Source: Mizuhopecten yessoensis (taxonomy: Eukaryota). From it: a DNA stretch of 64,000 nucleotides. The notes under the pieces were generated by a model. The model was given only the letters and a program-made list of their open reading frames with translations, searched no databases and had not been told where the DNA came from. The position numbers and the translations under genes were made by a program. Below are positions 1-12,019 of the stretch, piece after piece; the first letter of the stretch is position 1, and every line of letters starts with the position of its first letter. Location: NCBI RefSeq assembly GCF_002113885.1, contig NW_018407883.1, forward strand, positions 1,168,396-1,232,395, given 5' to 3'.

Positions 1-243
1 TTTGACATATTTGACCCCTGTGACCTTGAAAACAGGTCAAGGTCATTTTCGTTCTCAAACTTTGTAGGGCTCCTACCAACGAAGCTTTCAGCCAAATATC
101 ATGACTCTAGGCCTGTCCGTTCTTCAGAAGAAGTTGTTTAAAGGAAAAGTTGACGGAGCGACTGACGGACCGATGGACGGACAACGGACGCCGCACCACG
201 GCATAAGCTCACTTGGCACTTCGTGCCAGGTGAGCTAAAAAAA
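1..243 (-). mobile_element. End of a Helentron-type non-autonomous element (HINE/DINE-like), truncated by the window edge
   Basis: Degenerate (GACG)n microsatellite at ~152-190, then the hairpin gctcacttggcacttcgtgccaggtgagc and an A-run. The same terminal architecture occurs at ~3925, ~8930 and, reversed, at 16437. Confidence 0.7.
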
Positions 244-1360
244 CGTCTCTATTGTTGTTTTCTAGATTATACAAAAGCGTTCTATTTTATTAACAGACAG
301 AATTTATGGTATAAATGATAAAAGAAGGTATTGAAGGTAAACTTCTTAAAGTGATCAGATCATTATATAAAAGTGTGAAATGTTGTGTTAAATATAATGG
401 TACTCTCTCCGAATTTTTTGATATTGAAAACGGATTATTTCAGAGGGAAATATTATCAACCTTTTTGTTTGCCATATATGTTAATGATTGTGAAATGCTG
501 TTTTTATCAGATAATTGTCCATCCATTGAAATACAGGATATCAATATGTTTTTACTTATGTATGCAGATAATATGGTGATTATATCTGAAACACCAGAGG
601 GTTTCCAAACAATGTTAGACTCTCTTGCAAATTATACAAAAAAATGTGATTTCACTGTAAATACTGGGAAAACTTAAATTGTCGTGTTTAGAAACGGAGG
701 GATATTAAGGGGAAATTAAATATGGTTTTACGAAGGAAATAAATTGGATGCTGTTGATCAATTCATTTACCTTGGTGTAGTATTGAATTTTAATGGAAAA
801 TTTAGACAAACTCAAAAGCAAGTTGCTGCCCAAGGGAGAAAAGCATTGTTTGCATAATTAAATGTTTGTAAGAAAAAATATTTTAACATAGAAACTCAAT
901 TGTCTGTTTTTGATACTTATGTAAATAGTTTTTAAGTTATGGAGCAGAAGTTTGGGGCTTCCATGCCGCACCAGATATCGAAAAATGGCATGTGAGATTC
1001 TGCAAACAAATATTAGGATTACATAATAAAACTAGTAATGTTACGGTGTATTATGAACTTGGAAGATACCCCATGCAAAAAGTTAGAAAAATATGTATAT
1101 TTAAATATTGGACAAAACTGAGAAATGTAGGGAATTGTATTCTTAGGTCATGCTATGATGATATTCTTTGTAAAAATGACATTTGGTTAATGAGAGTAAA
1201 ACAAGAATTAGACAGAATTGGTCTTGGAAATGTGTGGGAATCTTCCAGTTTAAATAATAACACTTTTCATATTATAAAAGAATGTCTTAAAATATCTGCC
1301 CAGTACTTCTTGAACAAGATATTGTCAGATTGCACCAGTACATTTTCATGTAAAGCATAG
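244..1360 (+). pseudogene. Degenerate non-LTR retrotransposon reverse transcriptase fragment (RTE-X-like)
   Basis: ORF 315-677 has RT motifs (GLFQREILSTFLFAIYVND; LLMYADNMVII for YADD; VNTGKT). Downstream DNA encodes FIYLGV and YGAEVWG, and ORF 992-1360 has FCKQILG..TSNVTVYYELGRYP. Stops and frameshifts interrupt the frame. Confidence 0.85.
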
Positions 1361-1361
1361 T

Positions 1362-2250
1362 ATGTGATCAGCATCCTTAAAGATACATAAGTCATGGAAA
1401 TTTAGTTGTTACTAATTGGTAAGTGACCTAAAACAATCTTCTGAACCATTAGTGCAGATGGGGCCTGACCTCAACCAAACCTTTTAACCTGGTCCGTCAA
1501 GCGGAAAATGTAGGTCAGAAGCAGCATCTGAAGCATCACATGTGATTAGCATCCTTAGATACATAAGCCATGCAAGTTTAGTTGATGTACAACAAGTAGT
1601 TACTTGGTTATTGACCTTAACCATTCTTCTTAACCTGTATGGTCAGTCAAGCGGAAAATGAAGCTCAGAAGCAGCATCCGAAGCATCACATGTGATTAGC
1701 ATCCTCAGATACATAATTAAGCCATGCTAGTTTTATTGATGTAGGACAAGTAGTTACTTGGTAAGTGACCTATTAACCAATCTTTTTAACCATAGTGCGG
1801 ATGGGGCCCAACCTCAACCAATCTTCTTAACCTCACTGGTCAGTCAAGTGGAAAATGCAGGTAAGAAGCAGCATCCGAAGCATCACATGTGATTAGCATC
1901 CTCAGATACATAATTAAGCCATGCTAGTTTCGTTGATGTAGGACAAGTAGTAATACTCGATAAGTGACCTAAAACAATCTTCTGAACCATTAGTGCAGAT
2001 GGGGCCTGACCTCAACCAAACCTTTTAACCTGGTCCGTCAAGCGGAAAATGTAGGTCAGAAGCAGCATCTGAAGCATCACATGTGATTAGCATCCTTAGA
2101 TACACAAGCCATGCAAGTTTAGTTGATGTGGAATAATCAATAACTTGGAAACTGAGCTTAACCATTCTTATTAATAACCTTAGTGACAGACAGACGGGCG
2201 GGAATAGCCAATCTATAAGCCCTGATTACGTTGCAATCCGGCCAAAATTG
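1362..2250. repeat. Degenerate ~150-200 bp tandem repeats with a ~541-bp duplication, probably internal to a Helentron-type element
   Basis: gaagcagcatc(t/c)gaagcatcacatgtgattagcatcc recurs near 1518, 1668, 1866 and 2059. Segment ~1423-1620 is repeated at ~1964-2160. It is followed by gacagacagacgg and a hairpin-like end. Confidence 0.6.
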
Positions 2251-2540
2251 TCATAGAAATCAAAGATGCCCCCTATGTCGCCTCGCGTTTCAGATGACAC
2301 AAAAACAAAACAAAACAAAAAAGGCATTCAAAGAATGTCAATAACCTTCAAACACCAGACAGGCTAATTGCTATTTTCCTAGTCCATGGCTCTACTTGAG
2401 CTTTTGAATACATTTACCAGCAAGGTACACAGGCCATTTAATAAAATTAGCTGTTGCAAGAAATTAAAGATCCCTTCTCGCTGCAGGCAAAATCCCGCTC
2501 TAGGTTTTCAGATAGAGTAATCTCTCCTTACTTTTGATTT

Positions 2541-2898
2541 AATAATAATTAATATTAATTTGAGGTTCTTATATACTGCTTTATCACAATCTTAAAGTGT
2601 GTAGGTCGTCTCAAAGCGGTTCACAAATTATCATCCGTGGTTATAAGGCCTTTGCAACCAGTCAATATCTTTGTCACTTCCCTGGGAAACATACAGCCGG
2701 TGATGCCTTTTCGGCGCTCACAGCTAGCATTATACGATTCTAGCACTGCCCAAATACGTACTCGTTTACAGATGAGTAGACTGGAACAAGCGGAGTAAAG
2801 TATCTTGCTCAAAGATACAACACAGTGCCATGCCGTGACTCAAACCCTAACCGTTCGGTCACGTGCCCAGCATCCTACCACTAGACTACCATGCCTCC
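2541..2898 (-). mobile_element. tRNA-derived CORE-type SINE with L2-like tail
   Basis: The reverse complement reads ggaggcatggtagtctagtgg (A box), a B-box-like stretch, the CORE-like tgttgtatctttgagcaagatactttac...catctgtaaa, and the tail tgtgaaccgctttgagacg. Same family as 43297-43642. Confidence 0.8.
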
Positions 2899-3314
2899 TT
2901 TCTGTAACTGTGCCACATGCGTGTACTTCCATTGATCAGGTAGTAGTAGCTATGTTAATTAGAGCGATAGCATGACGTTAAAAGGTTTTTGGTTTGAATC
3001 CTGATATGGCAATGTTGCATTTTCATTCTCAAAACACTCCTATTTGACCTTTTTTATGTTTTAATTGAAGTCCCGCAAGGTAAGTTTTAGTTTTCAGAAA
3101 TAATTTATCAAAGCTATCTTCATGTCTCAAATAAGGTTTCAATTCATAGTGACGTAGTACAGTGATCCTTAAACCCGTAAAAAGGACACATTATTCTGTA
3201 GAAGAAGTCATTTGGAGTCTTTGTCAAGTAAATGATCAGGTGAATATAAATTCTATAAGCGTAAATTTTAATTGTTAAGTTTATCTATAAATTTTGGACT
3301 CCAAAATACCAAGT

Positions 3315-3925
3315 ACAAGAGGCCCATGGGTCTTAACGGTCACCTGATATATTCATACAGAGAGTTGATTTTGTTTTCAACACGAACAGAAATATTATTC
3401 AATGTGACAAAAAAACAATAAAACCACCTTATTCAATATCTAGCATACAGATTTAAGACTAAAAATTATTTAAAACTAGCACCTCTGATTCTAAACAAGG
3501 AAAATGAAGAAATTTTAGCACACTGACTCCTTTGGGCCCCACCCTACAGCGCTTGGGGTAGGGCTGGCTCAAAATTTTCAACTCAGGGTTATAATTTCAA
3601 TCAAGTTATAAACATGTAATATTCAAAGTATAATTTGACATTATAAACAAAAATAAATTTTGGTTGAGAAGAAGAAGATTTTTAAAGATTTACCTATTCT
3701 CCCCCTATATGGCCCCACCCCTCTGCCCCCAGGGGGACCATGCCCTCTGTTTATACAAAACTGAGACCCCTTTGGCCAATGATGCTCCAGACCAAATTTG
3801 GTCAAAATCCTTTGAGCCGTTCAGGACAAGTAGCGTTTTAAAGGAAAAAATTGACGGATGACGGACGACAGACGCTGCGGCATGGGAATAAGCTCACTTG
3901 GCCGTTCGAGCCAGGTGAGCTAAAA
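3315..3925 (-). mobile_element. Helentron-type non-autonomous element
   Basis: Left end acaagaggcccatgggtctt (palindrome) plus subterminal ggtcacctg. Right end has gacggatgacggacgacagacg, the hairpin gctcacttggccgttcgagccaggtgagc and an A-run. Confidence 0.7.
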
Positions 3926-4736
3926 ATGAAACGTATGTTTTTTTATGTTTAGATCTCGAAGATGAAAGGCAGTGTCTAGGATACAAATACCTCTGTGTAT
4001 TTTTATACCTATACTTGATAATTGTATGACAATTGGTCAACATCTGTTCAGAAAAAAAATTCAAAAAGTAATTGAAAAAACTCAAAACACAAATGTTTAG
4101 CCCTACCAATCAACTAAAAGCAACCATGAATTGATAAAATTGATAACTTGTTTTATGCTGCATTCTCATATATGATTGACAAGAAGTTTGATGATAATCA
4201 GTTTAGAAAACAAGTCTCTAGAACAACTACAGAGAATTTAACTTGTATATAAATGAACTAACAAACTAAATAAACAACATTGCTTTGGAGAAATAGTTGG
4301 AATAAAAGGACATACTCTTTACCATCACATTGGCAGTATTTATAGATAGGTCATTTTCATGCAATGTTTCTCAAGAACAATTCTGATTCAATAAGAAAAC
4401 AAGAGGCCCAATGGGCCTGCATCGCTCACCTGGTATTAATCTCACACTTGTAATCTTAAGATTTCATAAGAACCTATTAAAAGATTTAAACATATGATGC
4501 ATGTGACCTTGATTGTCAAACAAGGACATAAGTTGAAAGTGGATCAAGGACATTCATTTGAACTAACTTGGTAGACCTTCATCCCAGCATGCGACAGGCC
4601 CAATTTCAGTACCCTGGGCCTTTTGGTTATTGAGAAGTTGTTTGAAGATTTTAAGACATTTGACCCCTGTCACCTTGAACGTTGGTCAAGGTCATTCATT
4701 TGAATAAACTTGGTAGTCCTTCATCTAAGCATGCAA

Positions 4737-7700
4737 GGGTGGGGATTGGTGGGCTAGGGGTTGATAAATATTTCCCTGTAATGTCCTGTTCAAGTTCTGC
4801 ACTTAATTGTATAAAAAAAAACAGAAATATGAGATTTTTCATAGGGGGGTACTTTTTGTCAGGGTATAAAAAGTATCCGGGGGTACATTTTGGTCGAGTG
4901 TAAAAAAAGTATCTGGGGGGTGGGGAGTTGAAGATAGGTTGGGTAATGACTATAACATAACCAGTGCTCCAGATAGCTTGCGTGAATGCGTATTCACGTA
5001 CGATATTTCACAAATTACGCAAAAGAAAAAAATGAACTTGCTTAATTCACGCAAGCAAAATCCGGAACATTGCGTCAGTCTCCGGGTCCAATTTAGCATA
5101 TTATAATACGCTTACAGTGAGTCACCGAGACGCTTGCATATCAATGCCTCCTGTTACAAACGCTAACACGAGAGAGAATTAAATTATGGCGCTATCAAAA
5201 TGTCAACAATCGGCGGGTAGTTTTACTTCATTCAAAAATGATTCCAAACTTTTCTGTTTTAGCACAAATTGCATTAACCTTGTGTATAACATCAATAGAA
5301 TGTGAACGATCATTCAGTGTGCAAAACCGCCTAAAGTCACGGTTAAGATGCTCTCTCAAAGCAGCAACTGTCAATACATTGATGAAAATCAACATGTTAG
5401 GACCTGAACTGACTTTGAGCCAAGAAGGGCTGTTCGAATATGGAATGATAAAAAACGAAGAAGGATATGTGTACTATTCAAACGAAAAAAATATGCAACT
5501 CATTGAGTTTTGGGTTTAAACATTTAAACACAATCACAGTGAAATGGAAAAATAATACCACATGTCAAGACAACACAAAAATATGAATTTGAGTCATTCT
5601 TAACCGTATACTATAAGAATAACACATACAAATTATTCATCTTATTTCAACATTTTCAGGTAACGTTGCTTTTACAGCACTTCATGGTTTAAAATTTAAG
5701 TTTTCACCCCAACACTTTGGAGAGGTAGGGGTGAAAAACCCACATGTTCAAAAGTTATCTGGAGCACTGATAACTAAATGTTTTTACATGACTCCCCAAT
5801 CCTTATTGTGTCCAGTGATTAAAAAATGTTTTGGCATAAATTCCGGGCCCCGGGGGTGGGGATCGGTGGGGTAGGGGTAGATAAATATTCACCTGTAATG
5901 TCCTGTTCAAATTCTACACTCAATTGTATAAAAAATACAGAAATATGAGATTTTTCATAGGGGGGTACTTTTTGGTCAGGGTATAAAAAGTATCCGCGGG
6001 TACATTTTGGTCGAGTGTAAAAAAGTATCTGGGGGGTGGGGAGTTGAAGATAGGTTGGGTAATGACTATAACATAACTAAATGTTTCTTCATGACTCCCC
6101 AATCCTTATTGTGTCCAGTGTTTAAAAATTATTTTGGCATAAATTCCTGGCCCTGGGGGTGGGGATTGGTGGGGTAGGGGTGGATAAATATTTCCCTGTA
6201 ATGTCCTGTTCAAGTTCTGCACTTAATTGTATAAAAAAAACAAAAATATGAGATTTTTCATAGGGGGGTACTTCTTTGTCAGGGTATAAAAAGTATCCGG
6301 GGGTACATTTTGGTCGAGTGTAAAAAAAGTATCTGGGGGGTGGGGAGTTGAAGATAGGTTGGGTAATGACTATAACATAACTAAATGTTTTTACATGACT
6401 CCCCAATCCTTATTGTGTCCAGTGTTTAAAAATTATTTTGGCATAAATTCCTGGCCCTGGGGGTGGGGATTGGTGGGGTAGGGGTGGATAAATATTTCCC
6501 TGTAATGTCCTGTTCAAGTTCTGCACTTAATTGTATAAAAAAAAAGAAATATGAGATTTTTCATAGGGGGGTACTTTTTTGTCAGGGTATAAAAAGTATC
6601 CGGGGGTACATTTTGGTCGAGTGTAAAAAAAGTATCTGGGGGGTGGGGAGTTGAAGATAGGTTGGGTAATGACTATAACATAACTAAATGTTTTTACATG
6701 ACTCCCCAAACCTTATCTTATTGTGTCCAGTGTTGAAAAATTATTTTGGCATAATTTCCTGGCCCGGGGGTGGGGATTGGTGAGATAGGGGTGGATAAAT
6801 ATTCAACTGTTACATCCTGATCAAATTCTGAACATAAATGAAAAAAAAAAAAGAGGAAAATCATTTTTTCATAGGGGGGTACTTTTTGGTCATGGTATAA
6901 AAAGTATCTGGGGTACATTTTGGTCGGGTGTATAAAAAGTATCCGGGGGGTGGGGAATTGAAGATAGGTTGGGTAATGACTATAACATAACTGTAAATGT
7001 TTCTTCATGATTCCCCAATCCTTATTGTGTCCAGTGTTTAAAAATTATTTTGGCATAAATTCCTGGCCCTGGGGGTGGGGATTGGTGGGGTAGGGGTTGA
7101 TAAATAGTTCCCTGTAATGTCCTGTTCAAGTTCTGCACTTAATTGTATAAAAAAAACAGAAATATGAGATTTTTCATAGGGGGGTACTTTTTTGTCAGGG
7201 TATAAAAAGTATCCGGGGGTACATTTTGGTCGAGTGTTAAAAAAGTATCTGGGGGGTGGGGAGTTGAAGATAGGTTGGGTAATGACTATAACATAACTAA
7301 ATGTTTCTTCATGACTCCCCAATCCTTATTGTGTCCAGTGTTTAAAAATTATTTTGGCATAAATTCCTGGCCCTGGGGGTGGGGATTGGTGGGGTAGGGG
7401 TGGATAAATATTTCCCTGTAATGTCCTGTTCAAGTTCTGCACTTAATTGTATAAAAAAACAGAAATATGAGATTTTTCATAGGGGGGTACTTTTTTGTCA
7501 GGGTATAAAAAGTATCCGGGGGTACATTTTGGTCGAGTGTAAAAAAAGTATCTGGGGGGTGGGGAGTTGAAGATAGGTTGGGTAATGACTATAACATAAC
7601 TAAATGTTTTTACATGACTCCCCAATCCTTATTGTGTCCAGTGTTTAAAAATTATTTTGGCATAAATTCCTGGCCCTGGGGGTGGGGATTGGTGGGGTAG

Positions 7701-8835
7701 GGGTGGATAAATATTTCCCTGTAATGTCCTGTTCAAGTTCTGCACTTAATTGTATAAAAAAACAGAAATATGAGATTTTTCATAGGGGGGTACTTTTTTG
7801 TCAGGGTATAAAAAGTATCCGGGGGTACATTTTGGTCGAGTGTAAAAAAAGTATCTGGGGGGTGGGGAGTTGAAGATAGGTTGGGTAATGACTATAACAT
7901 AACTAAATGTTTTTACATGACTCCCCAATCCTTATTGTGTCCAGTGTTTAAAAATTATTTTGGCATAAATTCCTGGCCCTGGGGGTGGGGATTGGTGGGG
8001 TAGGGGTGGATAAATATTTCCCTGTAATGTCCTGTTCAAGTTCTGCACTTAAATGTATAAAAAAACAGAAATATGAGATTTTTCATAGGGGGGTACTTTT
8101 TTGTCAGGGTATAAAAAGTATCCGGGGGTACATTTTGGTCGAGCGTAAAAAAAGTATCTGGGGGGTGGGGAGTTGAAGATAGGTTGGGTAATGACTATAA
8201 CATAACTAAATGTTTTTACATGACTCCCCAATCCTTATTGTGTCCAGTGATTAAAAATTGTTTTGGCATAAATTCCGGGCCCCGGGGGTGGGGATTGGTG
8301 GGGTAGGGGTAAATAAATATTCACCTGTAATGTCCTGTTCAAATTCTGCAGTCAATTGTATAAAAAATACAGAAATATGAGATTTTTCATAGGGGGGTAC
8401 TTTTTGGTCAGGGTAAAAAAAGTATCCGGGGGCTGGGGAATTGAGTAGGGGTAGATTACTATTCCCCTGTAATGTCCTGTTCAAGTTCTGAACTCAATTA
8501 CATAAAAAAAAGAGAAAAATCGTTTTTTCATAGGGGGGTACATTTTGGTTTGGTGTATAAAAATTATCCGGGGGTTGGAGAGTTGAAGAGAGGTTGGGTA
8601 ATGACTACAACATAACTGTAAATGTTTCTACTTGACTCCCCAGACTTGTGTCCAGTGATTGAGAATTATTTTGGCATAATTTTCTGGCCCCGGGGGTGGG
8701 GATTGGTGGGGTAGGGGTGAATTAACATGCAACTGTAACCTTCTGATCAACTTCTGAACTGTTATTGATAGAAAATTTTGAAACATATTTTTTTTTCATA
8801 GGGGGTACTTTTATACTGGGGGGGGGGTTACTTTT
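4737..8835. repeat. 303-bp tandem satellite, ~11-12 units, G-run rich
   Basis: Near-identical units; the repeated pseudo-ORFs start at 7379, 7682 and 7985 (period 303). Interrupted by an insertion at 4962-5769; edge units are more diverged. Confidence 0.95.
4962..5769 (+). mobile_element. Non-autonomous hAT-derived DNA transposon with 5-bp TSD (hAT5-like)
   Basis: TIRs cagtgctccagata (4962-4975) and tatctggagcactg (5756-5769). TSD ataac at 4957-4961 and 5770-5774. Internal ORF 5238-5519 resembles the hAT C-terminal dimerisation domain (IALTLCITSIECERSFSVQNRLKSRLRCSL). Confidence 0.85.
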
Positions 8836-8966
8836 CGGATACTATTTAAGCAGGAGGTACATTTTATGTATGACACCGGACAAAAGGCGATTGCAATAGG
8901 TCACTTGAGACTTTGTCTCAGGTGACCTAATAAATACAGTGTGAAGGAAATTATTGAAACTGTTAC

Positions 8967-9443
8967 CTTGTAGCACCATCAGTCTCGCAATGTTGGATTT
9001 GTGGGTCATGGTACGAAGAATGTGGCCATTCGTTACACGATATGGAGGTGTCATTTTCACGTGGACGATATTGGACGCATTATGAACCAAATGTCTCCAG
9101 TAAGGTCCAATGGGAACAACGTTTCCATGCACAAGAATCACACATGGTTTCTGGAATTTTTGGACGCTGAGGAAACTCACTAATTGATAAAATGTCATAT
9201 TCTTTATGCCAAACCAAATATAGTGTACAATGTTAGGAACCCTCCTCCCGGGAGTCTCCGGACAGTAGTTTCGTAAGGCACGTGAGAAACATCGGTCATC
9301 AGACTTTACCGATAGAACCTGTTCATCCTCTGTGGAAGTCAAATACAGAGTGGAGTGTCTTTCCTCACATCTTAGACGGAGCTGGTCACTTATGGAAAAT
9401 ATAGCGTGCTCCCTTGTAGTAACAGGGCGAAGGCCTTCTAAAA
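8967..9443 (-). CDS. Internal exon of a DXD-type glycosyltransferase (GT32, alpha-1,4-glycosyltransferase-like)
   Basis: Translation contains VPNIVHYIWFG...SFLSV...ILVHG...GPYW...HKSNIARLMVLQ, typical of the GT32 sugar-binding region before YGGIYLD. Donor CAAG|gtaac at 8967; phase-1 acceptors ttag at 9443 or 9437. Other exons were not identified in the window. Confidence 0.8.
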
Positions 9444-10184
9444 CTAAAAACAAACAATCTACAACAAAGAACTTACAATACAATTCGAAAATATACAGTC
9501 AATACTGAAATGTTCAAGCTATTTAGCTTTTATGATTAAAGAGTTGTAAGTACATAAAATAATTGTATCTAAAACAATATATATATATATATATATCGGT
9601 AAAGAGTTTTGTTCCTCCTGTAGTAATGTAGTCTTGGTGTTTTGTTTTACAGTAATGTAGTCTTCATGCTTTGTTTTATATATATATATTTACATTTGCC
9701 CCCCCGCCGTCCCATTACAACAGTGTTAGAGGGCAAGTGCAATTATATAGGCTATAATTACAACTGCTCGACTATAATTACAACTGCCTGTTTCAGGTGT
9801 AGGAATATGTAAACAAACAAAATGGCCGCCTGAAATGTATTTTGAGACAGGGCAAATTGTTTTTGTAGGAATATGTCTTAAAAAGAAAAATATGTAAATA
9901 TAAAAAATACCTGGTTGTCTGGATGTAATTATTGTTGATATAATTACAAGTGGCCTCTGGCAAATCTACCATAAAACCCGCATCCAGGCAACCAGTTATT
10001 GTTTAAGTATATATACATTAGGAGGTAGTTAAATATCGGAACTATACAGATTATCTCTTTATACAGATTTAAGATACATACACGTATATATAGTAGGCCA
10101 TAATCAAAAGTCGTGTTAGCATTCACTCACAGGTTCTCGGGTACATCATCAACGTGTAAACATTACCAGAAGTTGAATGTCCAG

Positions 10185-12016
10185 TTTATACAAGTTTCCT
10201 GTTTACACAGGTATAAATATTAGCTATATAGACATGTATATATATATGAAGCAGTTGAAGGTCAGGTTCATTCAGGTTTCCTGTTTACACGGGTATAAAT
10301 ATAAATATGTATATATTATAACATAGTTGAATGTAGGGTTTATACAGATTTCCTGTTTACACAGGTATAAATATAAACATGTATTTATTATAACATAGTT
10401 GAATGTAGGGTTTATACAGGTTTCCTGTTTACAAGGATATAAATATAAACATGTATATATTATAACATAGTTGAATGTAGGGTTTATACAGGTTTCCTGT
10501 TTAAACAGGTATAAATATAAACATGTATTTAATATGACGTAGTTGAAGGTCAGGTTCATTCAGGTTTCCTGTTTACACAGGTATAAATATAAACATGTAT
10601 TTATTATGACGTAGTTGAAGGTCAAGTTCATTCAGGTTTCCTGTTTACACAGGTATAAATATAAACATGTATTTATTATGACTAAGTTGCAGGTAGGGTT
10701 TTTACAGGTTACCTGTTTACACAGGTATAAATATAAACATGTATATATTATAACATAGTTGAATGTAGGGTTTATACAGGTTGCCTGTTTACACAGGTAT
10801 AAATATAAACATGTATTTATTATGACGTAGTTGAAGGTCAGGTTTATACAGGTTTCCTGTTTACACAGGTATAAATATAAACATGTATTTATTATGACGT
10901 AGTTGAAGGTCAGGTTCATTCAGGTTTCCTGTTTACACAGGTATAAATATAAACATGTATTTATTATGACGTAGTTGAAGGTCAGGTTTATACAGGTTTC
11001 CTGTTTACACAGGTATAAATATAAACATGTATTTATTATGACGTAGTTGAAGGTCAGGTTTATACAGGTTTCCTGTTTACACAGGTATAAATATAAACAT
11101 GTATTTATTATGACGAAGTTGAAGGTCAGGTTCATTCAGGTTTCCTGTTTACACAGGTATAAATATAAACATGTATTTATTATGACGAAGTTGAAGGTCA
11201 GGTTCATTCAGGTTTCCTGTTTACACAGGTATAAATATAAACATGTATTTATTATGACGTAGTTGAAGGTCGGGTTTATACAGGTTTCCTGTTTACACAG
11301 GTATAAATATAAACATGTATTTATTATGACGAAGTTGAAGGTCAGGTTCATTCAGGTTTCCTGTTTACACAGGTATAAATATAAACATGTATTTATTATG
11401 ACGTAGTTGAAGGTCGGGTTTATACAGGTTTCCTGTTTACACAGGTATAAATATAAACATGTATTTATTATGACGCAGTTGAAGGTCAGGTTCATTCAGG
11501 TTTCCTGTTTACACAGGTATAAATATAAACATGTATTTATTATGACGTAGTTGAAGGTCGGGTTTATACAGGTTTCCTGTTTACACAGGTATAAATATAA
11601 ACATGTATTTATTATGAAGCAGTTGAAGGTCAGGTTCATTCAGGTTTCCTGTTTACACAGGTATAAATATAAACATGTATTTATTATGACGTAGTTGAAG
11701 GTCGGGTTTATACAGGTTTCCTGTTTACACAGGTATAAATATAAACATGTATTTATTATGAAGCAGTTGAAGGTCAGGTTAATTCAGGTTTCCTCAACAG
11801 TTTACACAGGTATAAATATAAACATGTATTTATTATGACGTAGTTGAAGGTAGGGTTTATACAGGTTTCCTGTTTACACAGGTATAAATATAAAAATGTA
11901 TTTATTATACCACAGTTGAATGAAGGGTTTATACAGGTTTCCTGTTTAAATATAAACATGTATTTATTATGACGTAGTTGAAGGTCATGTTTATACAAGT
12001 TTCCTGTTCACACCAG
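10185..12016. repeat. 72-bp tandem repeat, ~25 copies
   Basis: Unit caggtttcctgtttacacaggtataaatataaacatgtatttattatgacgtagttgaaggtcaggtttata. Confidence 0.95.
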
Positions 12017-12019
12017 TTA

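Larger units (their letters stand above)
4399..8930 (-). mobile_element. Helentron-type ends enclosing a 303-bp satellite array (possibly chimeric)
   Basis: Left end acaagaggcccaatgggcct plus gctcacctg. Right end is the hairpin ggtcacttgagactttgtctcaggtgacc followed by taa at ~8898-8930. Confidence 0.55.

Noticed and set aside
5920-8484. Repeated 60-96 aa ORFs
   Set aside because: Translations of the 303-bp satellite, with homopolymer-length frameshifts between units.
9911-10126. Upstream exon of the glycosyltransferase (donor ccag|gtatt at ~9911)
   Set aside because: The phase-compatible frame has a TAG shortly upstream and no clear TM anchor or acceptor; it cannot be supported.
10272-11998. 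24-aa repeat ORFs (QETCINPTFNYVIINTCLYLYLCK)
   Set aside because: Translation of the 72-bp satellite; variant units introduce in-frame stops.
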